A DNA stretch of 30,020 bases from contig JAAOMT010000351.1 of assembly GCA_016748015.1 (NCBI GenBank), forward strand, positions 25,329 to 55,348. Direction: 5' to 3'. Shown here in pieces: positions 21,607-30,020 of this stretch. The DNA comes from Geosiphon pyriformis uo1 (lineage: Eukaryota > Fungi > Glomeromycota). Positions within the stretch are counted from its first letter, which is position 1, and every line of letters starts with the position of its first letter. The notes beneath the pieces were generated by a model. That model was not told where the DNA came from. It saw only the letters and a list, made by a program, of their open reading frames with translations, and did not search any database. The position numbers and the translations under genes are program-made.

Positions 21607-23131
21607 GTGTTGTAATCAATGTTTTTTACTTGGGGACCAATTTTCTGACATGGTGAAAGTCTCCAAATAGTTTTTGATGTTGTTGTAGTTTTCTGAATTT
21701 ATTGTTGTTGATTTTGTTATTTGTTCTGCTATTAAGTTTGTTGGTGTTGATATTAGTATTAATATTGTCTTATCCTTGAGAGGCTGTCAACATTAGTGTG
21801 TATTTTTCCTGGTTTGTGATGTACAATATATTTGTAGTCTGCTAAGAAGTCATTCCATCAAAACTGTTTGGCACTTTGTTCAGTTTTCTTTTTATTGAGC
21901 CATTTGAGACCAATATTGTCAGTTATAATGTCAAATTTTTTTCCATTCTTCAGATATTGTTGAAAATGTTTAAGAGCCCAGATGACTGTGGCAGCTTTTA
22001 ATTCAGTTGAGCTGTATTTTAGTTCTGTTGATTTAAGTGTTCTATTAGCATAGATGATGACTTGTTCTTGCCCATTTTCATCCAATTGTAATAAGATGGC
22101 ACCAAATGCTATGTGTAAAGCATCAGTGGCTAATTAGAACCATTTGTTGAAGTCTGAGTAAGCAAGAACTGGGGCTGTTGTCAATTTTGTTTTAAGAGTT
22201 TCAAAAGCTTTTTGTTGTTCTTCAGTCCATTTGTATAGCATGTTTTTGTTGGTAAGATAATTGAATAGTTTGGCAATTTCTGAGAATCCTTTTATGAATT
22301 TTCAATAGTAAGAGACTAATCTTACAAATCTTTGTAGTTCTGTGGTATTTTTGGGAGTTTGAAAGTTTTTGACAGCATTGATTGTTCTTGGATTTGGTTT
22401 GACTTCATTTTTACTAACTATGTGTTCAAGAAAGATCAAGCTTGTTTTTTCAAAGTGACATTTTTTAATGTTTAACTTTAATCCTGCTTTCCGTAATCAT
22501 TGAAAAACTTCTTGCAAGTGAATGAAATAGGCTTCAAAGCTTGGTGAGTATACATCAGTGTTATCAAGATAGACAACTACTAATTGTCACAAGAACCCTT
22601 TATATACAACATTCATGAGTTGCTGAAATGTTGCTGGTGCATTGCAGAGTCCAAAAAGCATAACATTGAACTCATAGTTTTCTTCTTGAGTGGTGAATGC
22701 TGTTTTGGGTCAGTTTTTTAGGTCCATTTCGACTTGCCAGTATCCACTTTCCAAGTTTAAAGTTGAGAAAAACTTGGCTTTTCCTAGAGCATCTAGCATA
22801 TCATCAATTTTTGGAAGAGGGTAGATATCTCTAATTGTTACACTGTTCAATTGGCAATAGTCAATACAAAATCTGATTTTTCCATTTTTTTTTTGACAAA
22901 GACTACTGGTAAGGTTCAAAGACTTCTTGATAGTTAAATCAATCCATTATTGAGCATTCTCTGGACTTCTTCTCTGATGAATTGGTGGCTGGCAGGTGGC
23001 ACTCTGTAAGCTTGCTGATGTTTTGGTGGAGCATCTCCTATATGGATCTGATGTTGAATCATATCTGTTTTTTCCAGGTCATTGTTGTCTTTTGCAAATA
23101 TATCTGCAAATTTAGTTATCAATTGTTTCAA
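21607..23131 (-). pseudogene. Family-2 reverse transcriptase and RNase H
   Basis: KIRFCIDY..LNSVT..DIYPLPKIDDMLD, FSTLNLESGYWQV, VVYLDNT, TDA, KYSSTELKAATVIWALKHF. Confidence 0.92.
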
Positions 23132-23602
23132 TTGTCTTTGTTGTTAAGGTTTTAAGGGACCTATGTTAATACAAGAGAGTTTTTTTTCCAAAAGATGGTA
23201 GTTTTCAGTAATAGAAATGATATTTGGATTTGAAAATAGAGTGTGCCTTACAATTTTGATAAAATTAGAGACAATTTGAGGGTTTTCATCTTGAAAAATA
23301 TTGCTGTGTATGATTCCAATTTCTAATTTGTTTAATAAGACAATAGAGTAATTATTGGGATTGTAGAATGTAACTCAAAATTTTTTCATTCCTTTGGAAA
23401 TATAAACGTTTGGAATTAAGATTTCATGCTTCAAACAAATTTGTTTATTGGATTCAAAGATTTGTTGAGTAGTAGTGAGTTTTGAGCAAGTGTAAATTTC
23501 GTGATGTTCTCCAAAAGGTGAAATAGTAATTGGTTGTGGAAGTTGAAGAATCTGGTGAGATTCATTTTGTATTTTAAGGGCTATGTTTACTGGAACTGTA
23601 AA

Positions 23603-24035
23603 TCATTCAGTTGAACCAAAACCTTGAGTTTCTTTTTCACTTTTTCCCAATTGTTCTCTGTTGTTAATTGATTGTAGACCTGAAATATTGATTAAGAGTA
23701 AGTAAATTGCTTGAGCAATTTTTTCAGCATGTTCAATCTTAAATGGTTTGTCTGTTTCATTTTGCAACATGATGATAATGTCTCCAGTGTATTCTGTATC
23801 TATAATTCCTCCTCTAATATTGATCCCTTTGCTTGCCAATGATAATCTGGAGGCAATTTGAACTATTGCTCCAGGTAGAATTTTATGAGCAATTTTGAGA
23901 TTGATTTTTGTCAAAGACTTTGGTTGGAAAACCAAGGTATCTTTTTCTGGGTATCTTAGGTTATATTCAACATCAATTTTGTGTGCTTTTTCTGGTCTGA
24001 TTTCTTGGCCATGATTGTCAAAATATTTAAGTTGT
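23603..24035 (-). pseudogene. Retroelement-encoded trimeric-family dUTPase domain
   Basis: All five motifs recognisable: DVEYNL (AGYDL), SRLSLA (RSSLA), GIIDTEYTGDI, KIAQ, KETQGFGST (RGxxGFGSTG). Confidence 0.9.
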
Positions 24036-24756
24036 AGAGGTGGTTGCTTTTTAAGGAGATAGATGGGGGTGGTTGGTAGTTTTTCTACTAGTTCGGATAC
24101 TCCAAATTCGATTTCATTTTCATCATTCTCCTCTGGCAGAGGAATACTAAGAGCATAGCATTCTGAACACCATTTGTTATCACAAGGCATAATGCATTCT
24201 TTACACAATTGAATGTTCATTTGCTTTAATTGTTGAATTTGAGCTTTTTAAGTCGGATATGTGTGGCTTGCAATTTGGTGGTAGGTTTCTACTTCATTTT
24301 CATAATCAAATCCAGCTAATTCTATAGTATACTCAATGTATTCAGCTTCTTTCATTTGGTGGACATCTTTTTGGGTGGCTCTATTGATCAATGCTATTGC
24401 TAGGTCAAAAATTATTTCAGCATCATGAGGGTAGTGGTAAAGTTTATTGAAAACACTATTGTATGCTGCATCAAATGGTGTTTCTCTTCTGATTTTTTCC
24501 AAAATTGATAGAGCATATTAACAGATTTGATCACATACTTCTCCTCTCATTACTACATCAATCTAATTGTATTCTTCTGGTAGCTTTTCTCCACAAATAA
24601 GGCAAGAAGTTTTGTCCTATTTTCTACTTCTCTTTGGGGATCCAAATCGTTCTTTATGGCATGCCTTGCAAAAATAACAAGTGCAAGTTTTGTATTCCTC
24701 TTCTGGAGAAATACAGGCTTTTATAGATGAAAGCTTNNNNNNNNNNNNNNNNNNNN

Positions 24757-27700
24757 GTAAAAAATACTAATTACAACATTAAACAAAACAATATTTTATT
24801 TACCACAACAAAATTTATTATTAAAATTGCAGAAATTCATTCAATCTATTCAAATTAGTTTAACAAAACAAAAAAGAAACAATTTTATACAACATGCAAA
24901 CAAACTCTTTATCAGAATATCTAAAAAAAAATAACACAATACAAAGAACACTTGAATATTATTTTTGGCTCTAGATGCAAAAAGACATTCGACAGTATAT
25001 AAAATCCACTATCCATTACAAACCAAGAAAACTGTTATATTACAGTTGTAAAAAATTATCTTACCAAATAGCCTAAAACCAGAGCCATTCAAAAAGCAGA
25101 TAACAAATTAGTAGCAAATTTCATTTATGAAGACATTATTTATAGATATAAATATCCAATTAAACTTTTATCAAACCAAGAAACTTATTTTGTAAACAAC
25201 TTAATACAAAATATTTGTGAACAATTTAATATTAAAAAATCTTTATTATTACTCTATTACTTATAAACAAATATATTTGTAGAACATTTTAACAGAATAT
25301 TGTATAAATTATAGCCAAAATTTCAACTGATTTTGAGCAAAAATAGAATATTTTTATTCTATTAGTATTATTAATATACAGAATACTAAAACAAGATACA
25401 ACAAAGCATATACTATTTGATTTAACTTATAGAAAAATAGCAATACTACCAATTAATTTTACAGTAAAAACATACCTAGTACAATCAATTACTGAAAAAA
25501 ACTTCTAAAAAACACTTTAATAAAGAGCTTACATCCTGTTTAGTACTTTAGAAGAAAAACAATGAATAACAGCAACTCATATTAAATATTCTTATGCTTA
25601 ATAAAAANNNNNNNNNNNNNNNNNNNNTTACAATAGTGCTCTCAACAAACTTTATTATTACCCACATAATGCTAAGATAATTTATGAATTAGTCATGATT
25701 TTAATTAATAGAAAAACCCAAAAAAATGTTTACTAAATGAAAAAAGCTAAATACATTGAGTATATAATGAAATTAGCTAGACTTAACTATAAAAATAAAG
25801 TAAAAACATATCACCAAATTGCAAGTCATACTTATTTGACTCAAGAAGCTCAAATTCAATGATTGGAGCAAATAAACATTTAATTATGTGAAGAATACAT
25901 CATATCTTGTAATAACAAATAGTGTTTAGAATGTTATGCTCTTAGCACTTTTTTGCTCAGCAAAAATAACCAGAAGAAAATTGAGTTTGAAGAATCAAAG
26001 CACAAAGAAAAAATTGTAAGAACTCTAATTTATCTTACTAAAAATTAACCAGCTCTACAACTTAAATATTTCGACAATAATAATCAAAAAATTAAGTCTG
26101 AGAAAGCTTATAAAATTGATGCAAAATATGATCTATAATATTCTGGCAAAAATACTTTGGTCTTTTAACCAAAATTTTTTACTAAAATCAATCTAAAAAT
26201 TGCTCTTGAAATTCCACTAAGAACAATAGTACAAATTGCTTTCTGATTATTATTGGCAAGTAAAAAAATCAATGTTAGAGGAGAAGTTATAAATACAAAA
26301 TATACAGGAGATATCTTCATAATGCTACAAAATAAAACTAAGAAACTATTTAGAATAAAGCATATTAAAAAATTTGCACAAGCTATTTATTTATTTTTAA
26401 TTAACATTTTAGGATTATAATTACTTAATAACAGAAAACAATTAGAAAAAAGTAAAAAAAAAACTTAAGATTTTGGTTTAACTAAACAATTTACAGTTTT
26501 AGTATATATAGCTTTCAATATATAAAATAAATTTTATCAAATTCTTTGACTTCTCCAACCAATTACTATTTCACTCTTTGGAAAAAATTATGAAATCTAT
26601 ATTTGCTTAAAATCCACTACTACCCAACAAATCTTTGAGTCAAATGAACAAATCTGTTTAAAGCATGAAATTTCAATTCTAAACATTTATATTTCATAAG
26701 AAATAAAGAAATTTCGAGTTACATTCTATAATCCCAACAATTACTGTATTATTTTATTAAATAAATTAGAAATTGGAATTATACNNNNNNNNNNNNNNNN
26801 NNNNAAAGCCAAGTTCTTCTCAACATTAGACTTAGAAAGTAGATACTGACAAGTTGAAATAAATCTTAAAGATTGTCTCAAAACAGCATTTACAACTCAA
26901 GGAAAAAACTATAAATTCAATATTATACTATTCAGACTTTGTAATACACCAGCAATATTTTAGTGACTCATAGATGTTGTTTATGAAAGATTCCTATAGC
27001 AATTAGTAGTTGTCTATTTTGATAATACTAATGTGTATTTTTTAAGCTTTAAAGCTTATTTGATTTACCTGTAAAAAGTTTTTTAACAATTATAAAAAGC
27101 AAAATTGAAATTGAACATTGAAAAATATCACTTTGAAAAAACAAATTTAATCTTTCTTGATCATATTGTTAGTAAAGATAGAGTATTACCCAATCCAGAA
27201 ACAATTAATGCTATAAAAAACTTTAGCACAACAAACTGCATTTAATACTCTTAAAGAAAAACTCACAACAACACTAATATTTGCTTATCCAGACTTTAAT
27301 AAATGATTCCAGTTAATTACTGATGCTTTACACATAGCTTTTAGTACTATCTTATTACAATTAAATGACAATGACAATAAATAAGTAATTGTTTATGCAG
27401 TAGAATACTCAAACCAACAAAACTTAAATATGGCTCAACAGAATTAAAAACTGCTACAGTTATTTGGGCTCTTAAACATTTTCATTAGTACCTGAAGAAT
27501 AGAAAAAAATTTGACATCATAATCAACAATATTGGTCTCAAATGGCTTAATAAAAAGAAATCTGAACAAAGTGCCAAACAATCTCAATGGAATAATTTTC
27601 TAGCAAACTACAAATATATTGTATATCACAAACTTAGAAAACTACATACTAATATTGATAATCTTTCAAGAATAAGACAGAATTAATACCAACAACAATT

Positions 27701-30020
27701 CTATCACAACTTACTAATTTATTAATAAATAATAATCAAACAACAATGAACTCCAAAACTACAATATCAAAAACTATTTAAAGACTCTTACCATGCTAAA
27801 AAATTGATTTCCAAGTAAAGAATACTAATTACAACATTAAACAAAACAATATTTTATTTACCACAACAAAATTTATTATTAAAATTGCAGAAATTNNNNN
27901 NNNNNNNNNNNNNNNCAACCTTTCAGACATATTTTTATTCGAATTTAAAGCCAATAAATTACTATTTTTGCTTAGTAATATAGCAATCAATGAACAAAAA
28001 ACAATTACAGCTATGTATATTGAAACTAAAATAAAAGAAAAACAAATCTGTTTAATTCTAAATAATAAATTTGCTAAAAGCATTATTACCTATTAATTGA
28101 TATAACAGCTTAGAAAAAACATTGACAGATCAGCTCAAACTGTAATTTTTATAGCTAATGACATGAAAAATACCCTTATAAAAGAAATTGACAACTTCTT
28201 ATTTACTATTAATAAAATTACTATTCCAGTCAAAATTTTAGTCATGAATGCACTCTAATATTAAGCTCTTGTCAGAAATGATTGACTTCTCAAGGCAAAT
28301 ACAAATTTAGATTAGAAAATCCAGAAATTGAAAATTTTTTATCAAAGACAATATACCCAAGTACTTGCTATTTGTAGTATTTTTAACAAACAAACAGAAA
28401 AAGCCTCAGTATTCGAATTTGAAGAGAAAAAAAAATACCAATTATTAAAATCTTTATGGCTCTTGGATTACCATCTAATTGGGCTGAAGAAATAGAACAA
28501 AATTTTTTTAAAGAAACTAGAGAATGAAATATTGTTTGTTATTCTATACCAGAATTATGAAAACAATTACCCTATATATTACTCAAATGCAAAAATTGCA
28601 ACAAAAAACTTTCATCAATAGAAGCATGTATATTTCCAAAAAAAAAATATGAAATTTGCACCTACTACTTTTGCAAAGCTTGTCATAAAAAATGATTTAG
28701 ATATCCCAAATAAAATGGAAAATAGGACAATACTTCTTGTTTTATATGCAAAGAAATGCTCTCAGAAAAATGCAACTGAATTGAAATTGCAATGAGAGGA
28801 GAAGTATGTAACCAAACTTGTCAATACATTCTATTTATTGCAGAAAAAGTAAAAAAAAAACCTCATTTGATGTTATTTATAATAGTGCTCTTAACAAACT
28901 TTATTATTACCCACATAATGCTAAGATAATTTATGAATTAATCATAATTTTAATTAATAGAAAAACCCAAAAAAATGTTTACTAAATGAAAAAAGCTAAA
29001 TACATTGAGTATATAATGAAATTAGCTAGACTTAACTATAAAAATAAAGTAAAAACATATTACCAAATTGCAAGTCATACTTATTTCACTCAAGAAGCTC
29101 AAATTTAATGATTGGAGCAAATAAACATTTAATTATGTAAAGAATACATCATATCTTGTAATAACAAATAGTGTTTAGAATGTTATACTCTTAGCACCTT
29201 TTTGCTCAGCAAAAATAACCAGAAGGAAATTGAGTTTGGAGAATCAAAGCACAAAGAAAAAATTGTAACAACTCCAATCTATCTCACTAAAAATTAACCA
29301 GCTCTACAACTTAAATATTTCGACAATAATGATCAAAAAATTAAGTCTGAGAAAGCTTATAAAATTGATGCAAGATATGATCTACAATATTCTGGCAAAA
29401 ATACTTTGGTCTTTTAACCAAAATTTTTTACTAAAATCAATCTAAAAATTGCTCTTGAAATTCTACTAAGAACAATAGTACAAATTGCTTCCTGATTATT
29501 ATTGGCAAGTAAAAAAATCAATGTTAGAGGAGAAGTTATAGATACAAAATATACAGAAAACATCATCATAATGCTACAAAATAAAACTAAGAAACTATTT
29601 AGAATAAAGCATATTAAAAAATTTGCACAAGCTATTTATTTATTTTTAATTAACATTTTAGGATTACAATTACTTAATAACAGAAAACAATTAGAAAAAA
29701 GTAAAAAAAAAACTTAAGATTTTGGTTTAACTAAACAATTTACAGTTTTAGTATATATAGCTTTCAATATATAAAATAAATTTTATCAAATTCTTTGACT
29801 TCTCCAACCAATTACTATTTCACTTTTTGGAAAAAATTATGAAATCTACATTTGCTTAAAATCCACTACTACTTAACAAATCTTTGAGTTAAATGAACAA
29901 ATCTGTTTAAAGCATGAAATTTCAATTCTAAACATTTATATTTCATAAGAAATAAAGAAATTTCGAGTTACATTCTATAATCTCAACAATTACTGTATTA
30001 TTTTATTAAATAAATTAGAA
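24757..30020 (+). mobile_element. More strongly decayed family-2 copy on the plus strand in four contigs: IN (24757..25607), Cys-rich/dUTPase (25628..26784), RT-RH (26805..27895), PR-Cys-rich-dUTPase (27916..30020)
   Basis: Reverse-complement homology to 18.9-24.7 kb with many TAA/TAG/TGA stops. 25628..26784 nearly duplicates ~28878..30020. Confidence 0.88.

Larger units (their letters stand above)
17216..24736 (-). mobile_element. Family-2 Ty3/Gypsy element with dUTPase (3' LTR, ORF3, IN, RH, RT, dUTPase, Cys-rich region, PR) in gap-separated, partly overlapping contigs
   Basis: All domains on the minus strand; gag and 5' LTR not seen. 19791..20870 overlaps ~23657..24736. Confidence 0.88.
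9801..27915. other. Eleven assembly gaps of exactly 20 N
   Basis: 9801, 10249, 11374, 12362, 17884, 19771, 21587, 24737, 25608, 26785 and 27896 (start positions). Confidence 0.97.

Noticed and set aside
24757-30020. Unusual IN-dUTPase-RT-PR order, or a large inverted-repeat structure with 17-24 kb
   Set aside because: Contig order artefact: ~27815..27895 overlaps ~24757..24837, giving the normal RT-RH-IN order. Orientation across gaps is unverified.

Overview
Eukaryotic, very AT-rich, transposon-dense window. From recalled similarity (not a search) it looks like a glomeromycotan fungus, possibly Geosiphon-like. One host-type gene end (1..1002, probable NTPase/restriction-endonuclease-fold 'Crinkler-like' protein, CpG-rich) is followed by about 29 kb of decayed retroelements. 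These are: an old solo LTR (1068..~1681); a structurally complete Ty3/Gypsy element on the minus strand (1826..9565; LTRs, ATAT target duplication, PBS, gag, a TTTAAAC -1 frameshift site, PR-RT-RH-IN and an extra 3' ORF); several pieces of a second Gypsy family whose pol carries a Cys-rich region and a dUTPase between protease and RT, plus its own extra 3' ORF; and a LINE (14751..17215) cut by a family-2 LTR. The repeats show heavy C>T/G>A decay, in CpG and other contexts. From 9.8 kb onward the scaffold is broken by eleven 20-N gaps with overlapping near-duplicate contigs, so the order of segments there is unreliable. The best leads are a shared non-env accessory ORF with a conserved pre-LTR motif in both Gypsy families, the Zn-finger + dUTPase pol architecture, and the repeat-restricted hypermutation.
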